From: an uncultured Gemmatimonadales bacterium
GTDB taxonomy: Bacteria > Gemmatimonadota > Gemmatimonadetes > Gemmatimonadales > GWC2-71-9
Direction of reading: 5' to 3'
Assembly (NCBI GenBank): GCA_963695555.1
Contig: CAVOGR010000002.1
Location: 64,001 to 128,000 of the forward strand
Length of the DNA stretch: 64,000 nt
Part shown: positions 1 to 8,692 of the stretch, in pieces
Layout: every line of letters starts with the position of its first letter
Position numbering within the stretch: the stretch's first letter is position 1
Translations under genes and position numbers: made by a program
Notes under the pieces: model-generated
What the model saw: the letters and a program-made list of their open reading frames with translations, nothing else
Database searches by the model: none
Told to the model about the DNA's origin: nothing

Positions 1-14
1 TCCGTGGTGCGCAT
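1..14 (-). CDS. Probable 5' end of a gene running off the left edge (MRTT...)
   Basis: ATG at 14 on the minus strand with GAGGA just upstream; only 4 codons visible. Confidence 0.3.
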
Positions 15-87
15 GGGTCCTCGCTATGTGTTCAACAGGTTAGTGGATAACACCCTAATGGAACCTATCAGGCAACTTGGAACTTCG

Positions 88-142
88 TGTCTATGCATTG
101 TTCAATATAATAACTTGACAGACGATTAACAATTGCTACTCT
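88..142. promoter_or_regulatory. AT-rich divergent control region: sigma70-like promoter overlapping TnnACA repeats
   Basis: TTGACA at 115-120, 16-nt spacer, TGn-TACTCT at 134-142. TnnACA motifs 11 bp apart on + (115, 126) and on - (88, 99). Confidence 0.45.
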
Positions 143-228
143 TCTTGCTGGACGCAGCGTTGACACTGCCGGAGCAACCCTAGCCGGACCACCGTGCGGA
201 GTCCTGTTCAGAGAGGGAGGTACAGTCG

Positions 229-726
229 GTGACCACAGCCTGCCGCGCCACGCCCGGTCTGGGGCAGGAGTCGGTCTGGGACTATCCCCGACCACCCCGG
301 TTGGAAGACTTCGATGGTCACGTCGAGGTTGTCTTCCACGGAGTCACGATCGCAGAAACCAAATCGGCCAAGCGGGTGCTGGAGACGAGCCATCCTCCGG
401 TCTTCTACCTACCCCACCCGGACATCCGACTGGACTACGTGCACCCCCAAGGCCGCACCTCTTGGTGCGAGTGGAAGGGTGAGGCCCGCTACTTCGACGT
501 GCGCATTGGTGACCTCGTCGCGACGGCTGCAGCCTGGGCCTACCCCCACCCCAAGGCACCGTTCACCGCACTGAAGGATCATCTAGGCTTCTACCCCGCG
601 CTCATGGACGCCTGTCTGATCAACGGAGAGCGAGTCACGCCACAGCCGGGTGGCTTCTATGGCGGGTGGATTACACCCAACATCGTCGGGCCGTTCAAGG
701 GAACGCCCGGAAGCCACTCCTGGTAA
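229..726 (+). CDS. DUF427 domain protein
   Basis: ESVWDYPRPP, VLETSHPP.FY, SWCEWKG and GGFYGGWIT motifs; GGAG RBS before GTG. Confidence 0.85.
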   Translation: MTTACRATPGLGQESVWDYPRPPRLEDFDGHVEVVFHGVTIAETKSAKRVLETSHPPVFYLPHPDIRLDYVHPQGRTSWCEWKGEARYFDVRIGDLVATAAAWAYPHPKAPFTALKDHLGFYPALMDACLINGERVTPQPGGFYGGWITPNIVGPFKGTPGSHSW

Positions 727-743
727 CCGGCACGGGAGACGCG

Positions 744-1493
744 ATGCAAACTGACACCCATACTCCCGCCACGTTTCTCGTGGTCGGTGCGACGGGGGGC
801 ATCGGGTCGGCACTAGCGCGGACACTGGTCGCGCGCGGCCATCGCGTGACGGTAGCAGGCCGGACGGCGGCGGCCGTTGAGGCCCTGGCCGCCGAGATCG
901 GTGCCTATCCTCTGGTGTTCGATGCCACCGATGCCGCGGCGGTGGACGCGGGCGTGCGAGCCGCCAAGCAGCATTTCGGCACTCTAGACGGCATCGCCAA
1001 CTGCGTCGGCTCGGTTTTACTCAAGCCCGCCCACCTCACGAAACCCGAGGAGTGGGCCCACACCCTGACGACCAACCTGGGCTCGGCGTTCGCAGTCGTG
1101 CAGGCCGCCGGCCGTACGCTCAGGGAAGGGGGTGGTTCGGTTGTGCTGGTCGCGACCGCCGCGGCACGAATCGGCTTGCCCAACCACGAGGCGATCGCAG
1201 CAGCCAAAGGAGGGGTGATCGCGCTTACCCGATCGGCCGCTGCCACGTACGCGCCTGCGGGAATCCGATTCAACGCCGTGGCCCCCGGATTGGTGAAGAC
1301 CGGGGCAACCGAACGCATCTGGAGCAACCCCGCGAGCGCCAAGACATCGGCCGGAATGCATCCGTTGGGGCGGTTTGGTGAGCCAGTGGAGATTGCGACC
1401 GCTATCACCTGGTTGCTGGAACCCGCACAGGGCTGGATCACCGGTCAAGTCATCGGTGTGGATGGCGGGCTGGCGGACTTAAAGCTCCGATAG
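744..1493 (+). CDS. Short-chain dehydrogenase/reductase (SDR)
   Basis: GATGGIG Rossmann motif, NAVAPGLV, ITGQVIGVDGG. Catalytic Tyr is replaced (EAIAAAK). ATG at 744 follows GGGAG. Confidence 0.85.
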   Translation: MQTDTHTPATFLVVGATGGIGSALARTLVARGHRVTVAGRTAAAVEALAAEIGAYPLVFDATDAAAVDAGVRAAKQHFGTLDGIANCVGSVLLKPAHLTKPEEWAHTLTTNLGSAFAVVQAAGRTLREGGGSVVLVATAAARIGLPNHEAIAAAKGGVIALTRSAAATYAPAGIRFNAVAPGLVKTGATERIWSNPASAKTSAGMHPLGRFGEPVEIATAITWLLEPAQGWITGQVIGVDGGLADLKLR

Positions 1494-1613
1494 GATTGGC
1501 CCGCGTGGTTGCGTTCCATACGCCAGGAGTCACACGCCATTCCTAAGTCAGCGGTCCCACGTCTTGCTATTGAAGACGTGGGACCCTGGTCTACTCACCT
1601 TCCCCCTACCTCC

Positions 1614-2552
1614 TTAACTCCTTACTCCTCCCTTCATCCCCTTCGGATCCCACGTCTTGGCATGCGGCTGGTAGGTGGTCTTCTCGGCCCAACCCTCGCG
1701 GCGGATCCATTCTTCGAGCAAGGTCAGCGAGACCTCCGGAAAGGTCCGGCCAAGTGCCGGAATGTCGGCCTGGTAGCCCTGCTGATTGAACCACTTGTAC
1801 ATGAGTGCCACGTCCGGGCCGGCGCCGACCCGGAGCAGGAGGAGGGGAATCCGGGTGAATTTGACCGGCCGGCCCATGACCCGGCCGAACGTGGCGGCGA
1901 CTTCGAGGTTGGTCACCTCATCGCCCGCGATCTCGTAGGCCTGGCCCAGCATCTCGTCGCCGCGTTCGAACACGGCCGCGGCGAACGCCCCGATGTCATC
2001 CACGGCAATCAGTTGATAGGGCTTGTCCGCGCGCACCCCGTCGACCAGGCGACCCTTGAGGATCCCCTTCTCGACCTGGGCCATGTAGTAGTTCTCCATA
2101 AACGAGACCGGGCGGAGGATCGTCGCCGGCAGGTTCAGCTTCCGGATGTACTGCTCCAGCACCCACTTGGTCTCGAAATGGGGAACGCCCGAACTTCGCT
2201 CGGCGCCACCCACCGATGAGTACACAAAATGCTTTACCCGGGCCTGCTTGGCCGCTTCCGCCAGCGTCCGGCCCTGGCGGACTTCACCGTCCAGGCCCGC
2301 AGTCCACCATTCCTGCACACTGAAGACGCCGTACGCACCATCGACGGCCCGCGCAACTGAGGTGGGGTCGTCGAGGTCTCCGCGGACAACTTCCGCCCCT
2401 CTCCCGGCCAGCGCGCGCGCGGCCGGCGTGTCGGGGTTTCGGGTCAAGGCCCGGACCGGCCAGCCACGCTCGAGCAGACGGCGCGCCGTGGCGCCGCCCT
2501 GCCGACCGGTGGCGCCGGTGACCAGCACCGGGCCTCGGGGTTGATGCGACAA
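1614..2552 (-). CDS. NmrA/HSCARG family NAD(P)-binding protein
   Basis: VTGATGRQGG, HFVYSSV, PHFETKW, LRPVSFMEN. Confidence 0.88.
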   Translation of the reverse strand: MSHQPRGPVLVTGATGRQGGATARRLLERGWPVRALTRNPDTPAARALAGRGAEVVRGDLDDPTSVARAVDGAYGVFSVQEWWTAGLDGEVRQGRTLAEAAKQARVKHFVYSSVGGAERSSGVPHFETKWVLEQYIRKLNLPATILRPVSFMENYYMAQVEKGILKGRLVDGVRADKPYQLIAVDDIGAFAAAVFERGDEMLGQAYEIAGDEVTNLEVAATFGRVMGRPVKFTRIPLLLLRVGAGPDVALMYKWFNQQGYQADIPALGRTFPEVSLTLLEEWIRREGWAEKTTYQPHAKTWDPKGMKGGVRS

Positions 2553-2658
2553 TCAGACTCCTAGTGTCATGCAGGATTGGCACCTGAGAAGGGTGCAGGG
2601 AGCAGGCATATAGGAAGGGGGATGAGTCGGAACGGCACAGCATTCCCTGCCTTCCCCC

Positions 2659-2689
2659 CTCCCTACTCCCTACTCCCTACTCCCTACTT
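2659..2689. repeat. Heptamer tandem repeat (CCCTACT)n
   Basis: About 4 units directly visible. Confidence 0.9.
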
Positions 2690-2697
2690 TCCCCACC

Positions 2698-3186
2698 TTA
2701 CATCGCCGGTGCCGGCGCATCGGTGTTCCAGATGTCGCTGATGCAGAGCCACGAGCCGTCGGCCTGCCGCTCGTAGATCGCATGCCACTTCCCGACCTGC
2801 TTCGTCAGCTGGCCCTCGGCCGGGCCGAGGTCGAAGGTGTAGGAGCCTCGCGCGTAGGCCAGATTCCCCTGGCCGTCGATCAGCTGGGGCATGAGCGTGA
2901 GCTTGGTGACCGCCGGCAGGGTTTCGGCAGATGCCAGGATACCGTCTTTCCCTTGATACATGGGTTGGTTGGGCGGCATCCGAACCGCATCGTCGGCGTA
3001 GTACGTGATGTAGGTAGCCCAGTCCTGGGCGGTCACGGTCGCGCCGTAGTTGTCCACCATGCCGCGGATGGCTGCCATGTCTTGCTCGCTCAGCGCGGCC
3101 GGCGCGGCCGGAGCCTCGGCGGGCGGCTGGCAGGCGGCTACGGTCAGCCCGAGGGCAAGGGTAACGAGGAGACTGCGCGGGGACAT
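2698..3186 (-). CDS. NTF2-like (YybH/DUF4440) lipoprotein
   Basis: Lipobox VAAC; YYADDAVRMPPN; GKWHAIYERQADGSW; GGAGG RBS. Confidence 0.8.
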   Translation of the reverse strand: MSPRSLLVTLALGLTVAACQPPAEAPAAPAALSEQDMAAIRGMVDNYGATVTAQDWATYITYYADDAVRMPPNQPMYQGKDGILASAETLPAVTKLTLMPQLIDGQGNLAYARGSYTFDLGPAEGQLTKQVGKWHAIYERQADGSWLCISDIWNTDAPAPAM

Positions 3187-3210
3187 AGGAACCTCCTGGA
3201 GGGTTACGGG

Positions 3211-3260
3211 TATTACCTATTACCTATTACCTATTGGCTATTGGCTATTGGCTATTGGCT
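3211..3260. repeat. Heptamer tandem repeat (TATTACC)3(TATTGGC)4
   Basis: Directly visible. Confidence 0.9.
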
Positions 3261-3352
3261 GGGCGCAATCTACCCGGGGGTGCCGATTCCGCCACCGCCG
3301 AGAGCAACTCATAGGGTTACCGGAATCGACTCCTTACTCGTCACTCCCCGCG

Positions 3353-3405
3353 TCCTACACCCTATACCCTACTCCCTACTCCCTACTCCCTACTCCCTAC
3401 TCCCC
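3353..3405. repeat. Heptamer tandem repeat (CCCTACT)n
   Basis: About 7 units with variants. Confidence 0.9.
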
Positions 3406-3409
3406 TCTT

Positions 3410-3817
3410 CTACGCCATCCACCCCGCAAGCTTATACCCCGCCCCCGCCACGACGGCCGTCAGCACGAATCCCCACACCATGTCGACCACGGCCACGATC
3501 GGCGGGAAGCCCCTGAGCGTCGCCAGGTTGGTCAGGTCGTAGGTGGCGTAGGCGATCAGGCCGAACAGCCCGCCGAGCAGCACGGCGTACCGGAAGGACG
3601 CACGCTCGAGCGCGGGGAGGACGGCAAACAAGAGAACGCCGCCCACAAAGATCAGATAGAACAGGAGTGCAGCACCCCAGCGCACATCGGGACGCAGCAG
3701 GTCTCCGAGATGCCGCTGGTAGAAGCCCTTGGCCAGGACGCCCAACCACACCATGTCGATGGCCAGGAAAACGACGAGGGTTGCGAAGTAGAGCTTGACG
3801 AACGCGGCGATGGTCAT
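3410..3817 (-). CDS. DUF2177 family membrane protein
   Basis: FLAIDMVWLG, AYATYDLTNLATL, VDMVWG motifs; 4 hydrophobic segments. Confidence 0.85.
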   Translation of the reverse strand: MTIAAFVKLYFATLVVFLAIDMVWLGVLAKGFYQRHLGDLLRPDVRWGAALLFYLIFVGGVLLFAVLPALERASFRYAVLLGGLFGLIAYATYDLTNLATLRGFPPIVAVVDMVWGFVLTAVVAGAGYKLAGWMA

Positions 3818-3949
3818 TGGGCACCCTCGGTGGAATAGGGGTCGGACAACGTCATGCTGGCTCTGGCAGCGAATGCCTTACCGTGCGCCACATGCAAAGC
3901 GCGCGCACGACCGGGGGGCCGAACGCGCGCCTGTGACCTGCTCGCCGAG

Positions 3950-5521
3950 TTAGCGCGCGGCGACCTTGAGTTGCGTCAGGGTCTCCGGCGCCACGTTCGC
4001 CTCGGTGGACTTGAGGTAGGCATGCGGGTCGTGCATGATCGCGCCCTCGGGGAGGTAGCGATAGAGCGGCCCCAATTCGGACTCGATCCGATTCTGATAG
4101 AACGTGGGCAGCTGATCGGAGTCTCCATCCATGAATCGGCGCACGGTCATGTCGCTCTGCAGCATCTGCCGAATCCCGGTGTGGTAGCGAATCCGACCGT
4201 TCCCTTCGGACGACAGGGCCCGTACCAGGTTCATCCAGCGCGACGTGAACGCCTTGGTCGCAACGAAGCGCCGCGCGTTGGCTCGGGCGGTGAAGGAATA
4301 CTTGGTCACATCGACCACGTGATCGTAGAATTCCGGCCACTTGTAGTGGAGCGGCCGCACGTTCATCGCATGGTTGTTGTTGAGGAATATGAACGGGAAC
4401 GGCACGATCCTGCCGGCCCGCTGGTATTCGAGATTGAGCGGCGCCGCTCGACCGAACGCGGACAGGAGCGAGTACGCCGGGAACGCGCCCGGCGCCAGGT
4501 CGAGGAAGCGCTTGGTGAGCTCGAACGGCTCGGCGCCCTCATCCGAATCCATCCCCATCACGAAGTTGGTCTGCACGTACGGGATGTACCGAAGGACCAT
4601 GTTGATGTGCTCGGCGACTTGGGTGACCTTCTCCATCCCGGTGCGCCGGGTCTTCGACTTGTTCCCGAGGTCGTACCATGACTCGATCCCCGGCAACATG
4701 GCGCCGAACCCGTTCTTCTTGAGCCGTGCCAGATGAGGCTCGGAGAGGAGCGAGAGGCTGCTCTCCGCCACGTGCCGCATGCGGCCCGGCGGAACGGCGG
4801 CCTCGATCGCTTCCATGTAGTCGTCGAATCGCACCCCGAAATTCGGATCGTGCCAGCCCACGATGGGGCGCTTGAACTTGGTCAGGAGAAACCGCAGATC
4901 GGCCTGCAGTTGCTCGAAGCCGAGGGGCTGATAAGGCACCGTGGAGTCGATGCAGAAGCTGCAGGTGTAAGGGCAACCGAGGCTGCCGATCATCGGGACG
5001 ATCTTGATGGTCGGGGCTTTCTTGAGCGTCGCGTCGACAAACTTCCAGCGCTCCTCGAGCCCAGGCAGTTCGGCCGGCTGGTTTGGAGCGGATAGCCAGC
5101 GACCATAGGGGCGGTGCGGTGCATGATCTCGCAGCACCTCATCGACCGTGGCCTTGTCGGTGAAGCCCAGCACGTAATCGAAGTACTTCCGTGCGTCCTC
5201 CGGATAGCACCGCGCGTGCGGGCCACCAAGCACGGTGACGGCGCCGCGTTGCCGGAACAGATTGCTCAGGGCGTATGCCAGGAACGCCGATTGCGTGAAA
5301 GCACCGATGAACACCAGGTCGAGATCGGATGGCAGCTCGGACACCAGGTCTTCCATGCCGGTGTAACAGACAAAATGGACCTCGGCCCCGGCCTCTTCGC
5401 ACCACACGCCGAGCACCTGGGGCATGATGCTCGCCAGGTTTGCGTTCATCACGCGGCCATACAGCGATGGATTGGGGCTTTTCGTGACCAGGTCGATGAT
5501 GCCGACGCGAAGCTGCTTCAT
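3950..5521 (-). CDS. B12-binding-domain radical SAM protein
   Basis: CxxxCxxC (GCPYTCSFC); N-terminal cobalamin-binding-like region ending VLGGPHA; GIES. Confidence 0.8.
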   Translation of the reverse strand: MKQLRVGIIDLVTKSPNPSLYGRVMNANLASIMPQVLGVWCEEAGAEVHFVCYTGMEDLVSELPSDLDLVFIGAFTQSAFLAYALSNLFRQRGAVTVLGGPHARCYPEDARKYFDYVLGFTDKATVDEVLRDHAPHRPYGRWLSAPNQPAELPGLEERWKFVDATLKKAPTIKIVPMIGSLGCPYTCSFCIDSTVPYQPLGFEQLQADLRFLLTKFKRPIVGWHDPNFGVRFDDYMEAIEAAVPPGRMRHVAESSLSLLSEPHLARLKKNGFGAMLPGIESWYDLGNKSKTRRTGMEKVTQVAEHINMVLRYIPYVQTNFVMGMDSDEGAEPFELTKRFLDLAPGAFPAYSLLSAFGRAAPLNLEYQRAGRIVPFPFIFLNNNHAMNVRPLHYKWPEFYDHVVDVTKYSFTARANARRFVATKAFTSRWMNLVRALSSEGNGRIRYHTGIRQMLQSDMTVRRFMDGDSDQLPTFYQNRIESELGPLYRYLPEGAIMHDPHAYLKSTEANVAPETLTQLKVAAR

Positions 5522-5742
5522 GACGCCTTTCTATGGAAAAAGGTGAGCGGCGCACCTTGCGTGCGTCACCACACCCATCCACACGATGTTCCAGCGAGCA
5601 TTGGGACGGCGAATCCCTGCTCTGCAGGGCGCCGGGAGAGCGGTACAGCTCCTCAGGATCGGAAGGTCTCGAAAGATAAGGCTCGCTGCGGTACCCGGCT
5701 AGTCTGGTCACGCGGAGGTCACAAAAGAGCACATGGCCGGCA

Positions 5743-6582
5743 CTACTGCTCGAGCGTCTCCTTCAAGAAGGCGACGGTGCGGGCCCATGCCTCCTGGCTG
5801 GCCCGAAGGTTGGCTCCGTTACGCTCCTGCTGAGCCCGCAGGAATCCGTGGCCGGCTCCGTCGTAAGTAATTGCCTCATAGGATTTTCCGAGGCTCACCA
5901 TCGATTGTCTGGTAGGGGCGATATCGGCGTTGACCCGGGCATCATCACCGCCGTAGTTGCCCAGCACCCGGGCATTGACTCGGGCCAGCGCTTCCGGGCC
6001 GGGTGAGCTCCCGTAGTACACCACCGCAGCCCGGAGATCCGAGTAAGTGGTCGCGAAATTGAAGCTCCGCCGGCCGCCCCAACAGAAGCCGATGCTTCCG
6101 ACGCGGCTGGTGGCCGCAGGCAGCGAGGTGCCGTAGATCGCGGCGGCACCGAGGCGCCGCGCAACCTCATCATTCTCCAGGCCCCGGATCAGCCGGACCG
6201 CACCCTGACGGTCGACAGACTCGCTGCCGCCGCCATCCGGTCCCTTGCCGCTCAAGAGGTCGGGCGCCACGGCGACGAACCCTTCCGCGGCGAGTTGGTC
6301 AGCGACGCCACGGACCCAATCGGTGTGGCCATAGATCTCGTGGATCACGATGACGACGGGTGCAGGGTCGGGCCGTTCCGGGTAGACCACCCACGCCGTC
6401 ACGCTATCACCGCTCCCGGCATCGTACTTTACCCATTCACCATGCCGGGGCGAGGCATCGAGCCTCGTCGTGGCGCCCGCCTCATCGGCGGGAAGTTGAA
6501 TCTGTGCCGCGCTCGGAGTTGGCGCCGCGATGAGTCCCAGTGTGGCGACGAAGGCGGCGAAGGATTTCAGGAAGCGTAGCAT
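5743..6582 (-). CDS. Secreted dienelactone hydrolase family protein
   Basis: Signal peptide; HEIYG, GFCWGG nucleophile elbow, GAGHGF. Confidence 0.88.
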   Translation of the reverse strand: MLRFLKSFAAFVATLGLIAAPTPSAAQIQLPADEAGATTRLDASPRHGEWVKYDAGSGDSVTAWVVYPERPDPAPVVIVIHEIYGHTDWVRGVADQLAAEGFVAVAPDLLSGKGPDGGGSESVDRQGAVRLIRGLENDEVARRLGAAAIYGTSLPAATSRVGSIGFCWGGRRSFNFATTYSDLRAAVVYYGSSPGPEALARVNARVLGNYGGDDARVNADIAPTRQSMVSLGKSYEAITYDGAGHGFLRAQQERNGANLRASQEAWARTVAFLKETLEQ

Positions 6583-6676
6583 GTTTGGTTCCGGTTAAAG
6601 GCTCGTGGCTATGGGCGGATCGGCGGTTCGACGGTTCGTTAGAAGTTTCGTGCACCGAATCGCCCAACCGCTGAGT

Positions 6677-6713
6677 CCTACTTCCCACTCCCTACTCCCT
6701 GCTCCCTACTCCC
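6677..6713. repeat. Heptamer repeat overlapping the 3' end of the alcohol dehydrogenase gene
   Basis: (CTCCCTA/G)n; encodes GVGSRE-stop on the minus strand. Confidence 0.85.
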
Positions 6714-7693
6714 GTCTCGAGCACCGCCGCCCCCCTGACCCGGCCGGCCCTGAGCTTCTCCAGCGCCTGCTGGGCCGCGGAAAGCGGATACGGTTCCGTC
6801 TCCGTGCGAACAGGTATCTCGGGAGCGAGCGCCAGGAACTCCTCGCCGTCCCGACGAGTCAGATTGGCCACCGACCGCACCACACGCTCGCCCCAGAGGA
6901 TTTCGTAGGGAAAGGACGGAATGGCGCTCATGTGGATTCCCGCGCAGACGACGGTGCCGCCCTTGGCCACAGCGCGTAACGCTGCCGGGACGAGCCCACC
7001 GACCGGCGCAAACAAGATCGCGGCATCGAGCGGCTCGGGCGGCAGCGTGTCGGAACCGCCGGCCCATTCGGCACCCAGCTCCCCGGCAAACCGCTGAGCT
7101 TCGATATCTCCCGGCCGGGTGAACGCGAAGACACGGCGTCCCTGGTGCCGTGCCACCTGGGCCACGATGTGCGCCGCCGCACCGAAGCCGTAGAGTCCCA
7201 GCCGCTCCGCATCGCCGGCCGCGACCAGCGACCGATACCCGATCAAGCCGGCACAGAGAAGCGGCGCCGCCTCGACATCGGAAAGTCCCTCCGCTATCGG
7301 GAAGCAAAACCGCTCGTCCGCCACGGTGAACTCCGCGTACCCGCCATCGACGTGGTAGCCGGTAAACCGCGCGGCGTCACAGAGGTTCTCACGGCCGGTC
7401 TCACAGTAGCGGCAGTTGCCGCAGGTCCCGCCAAGCCACGGAACGCCTACCCGCTGTCCTACGGCAAAGCGCTCCACACCCGCCCCGACATCCGCGACCC
7501 GACCCACGATCTCGTGGCCGAGGACCAACGGGAGCTTGGGCTCGCCGAGGTCGCCGTCGAGTACATGAAGATCGGTGCGACAGACGCCGCACGCGTGGAC
7601 CTCGATCAGGGCCTCATGGGGGCCCGGCTCCGGCCGGGGCACCTCGGCCTCACGCAACGGGCGCCCCGGTCCGTCGAACAGCATGGCGCGCAT
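6692..7693 (-). CDS. Zinc-dependent alcohol dehydrogenase
   Basis: CGVCRTDLH, GHEIVG, structural Zn site CGNCRYC..ENLC, YGFGAAA; start moved to ATG 7693. Confidence 0.9.
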   Translation of the reverse strand: MRAMLFDGPGRPLREAEVPRPEPGPHEALIEVHACGVCRTDLHVLDGDLGEPKLPLVLGHEIVGRVADVGAGVERFAVGQRVGVPWLGGTCGNCRYCETGRENLCDAARFTGYHVDGGYAEFTVADERFCFPIAEGLSDVEAAPLLCAGLIGYRSLVAAGDAERLGLYGFGAAAHIVAQVARHQGRRVFAFTRPGDIEAQRFAGELGAEWAGGSDTLPPEPLDAAILFAPVGGLVPAALRAVAKGGTVVCAGIHMSAIPSFPYEILWGERVVRSVANLTRRDGEEFLALAPEIPVRTETEPYPLSAAQQALEKLRAGRVRGAAVLETGVGSRE

Positions 7694-7833
7694 GGTTTGA
7701 AGATGGGGAGGCAGCTGGAAGTCGGAAAGGCGCAAGGCGGAAAGGCAGGAAGGACTGACGGCGGTTGGGCGGTTGGGCGGTCCGAGGTCTTGTTCCCGCG
7801 ACTATCGAACCGCCGACCCGCCGAATCTAGCCC

Positions 7834-8520
7834 CTACTCATGCTTCTCATTGTGCTCCATCTCATGCTCCTGTGCCTTGTCATGATCCATGTCATGATCC
7901 TTCTCATGGTCCATGGCATGATGGCCGGGGAAGTTCGCATCATGCATGACCTCTTCGGCCTGCATCACGTGCCGCTCGGTGTGGTACGCCAGGAAGGCGA
8001 GCCATTGCTCCCCATCCATCATGCCGAAGGCAGGGTGCGGCAACACGTGACCGTGCACGTCGGCGTCACTCTTGGCGAACTCGACGATGGCCTTCCGGTT
8101 GGCTTCGAAGGCCTCGCGCCAGGCCGCCGGGGTCGTCCAGCGGCCGGATGGTGTGACCTGCGCGGGCGCTTGGAACTTGGCACTCCGGTCGCGCATGATG
8201 GCCGCGATCTGGGTGACAGGCATCTGGGCCTTCTCAGAGAGACTGGTCGTTGATTCGTTGAAGGGACCCTTCAACGCCTCTACGATGCCCTGTTCCGTGA
8301 CCAGGATGTGCTCGGCCACCTCGCCGAGGGACCAGCGATCGGGGGCCGGCTTCCAGTTCCACTCATCAGCGGTGTGATGCTCGCTCATATGCATGAGCTT
8401 CATGGTGGTCATCTTCAACGATTCGAGGATCGGCTCCCGCTCGGCCGGGGTGAGGGCCTGGCCGTGAAGCAGTGCAGGCACCAGGGCCAGCACAACGGTC
8501 GAGAGAATGCGTCTCATCAT
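7834..8520 (-). CDS. Secreted DinB-family protein with a His/Asp/Glu/Met-rich C-terminal tail
   Basis: Signal peptide; WSLGEVAEHI, HPAFG, YHTERHVMQ (DinB His triad); GAGG RBS before ATG 8520. Confidence 0.8.
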   Translation of the reverse strand: MMRRILSTVVLALVPALLHGQALTPAEREPILESLKMTTMKLMHMSEHHTADEWNWKPAPDRWSLGEVAEHILVTEQGIVEALKGPFNESTTSLSEKAQMPVTQIAAIMRDRSAKFQAPAQVTPSGRWTTPAAWREAFEANRKAIVEFAKSDADVHGHVLPHPAFGMMDGEQWLAFLAYHTERHVMQAEEVMHDANFPGHHAMDHEKDHDMDHDKAQEHEMEHNEKHE

Positions 8521-8692
8521 GTGGTCAACCTCTACAAAAGGGTTTGTCGGTAACAGAGAAAAATACCCAGTCGGTCGGCTCCGTGATAGGAACACCTACG
8601 AAGAGAGGACGCCCGGGTTTCCAATCGGGGCAACGCCCGCATGGCCGCCAGCGCTGACCCCGTTAGAATACGGACGCCCACTGGGAGAGATT

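Noticed and set aside
2782..3838. Plus-strand ORFs with YYLLPI/PYSLLPT repeats (also 46553-46822)
   Set aside because: They are translations of non-coding heptamer arrays and antisense to real genes.
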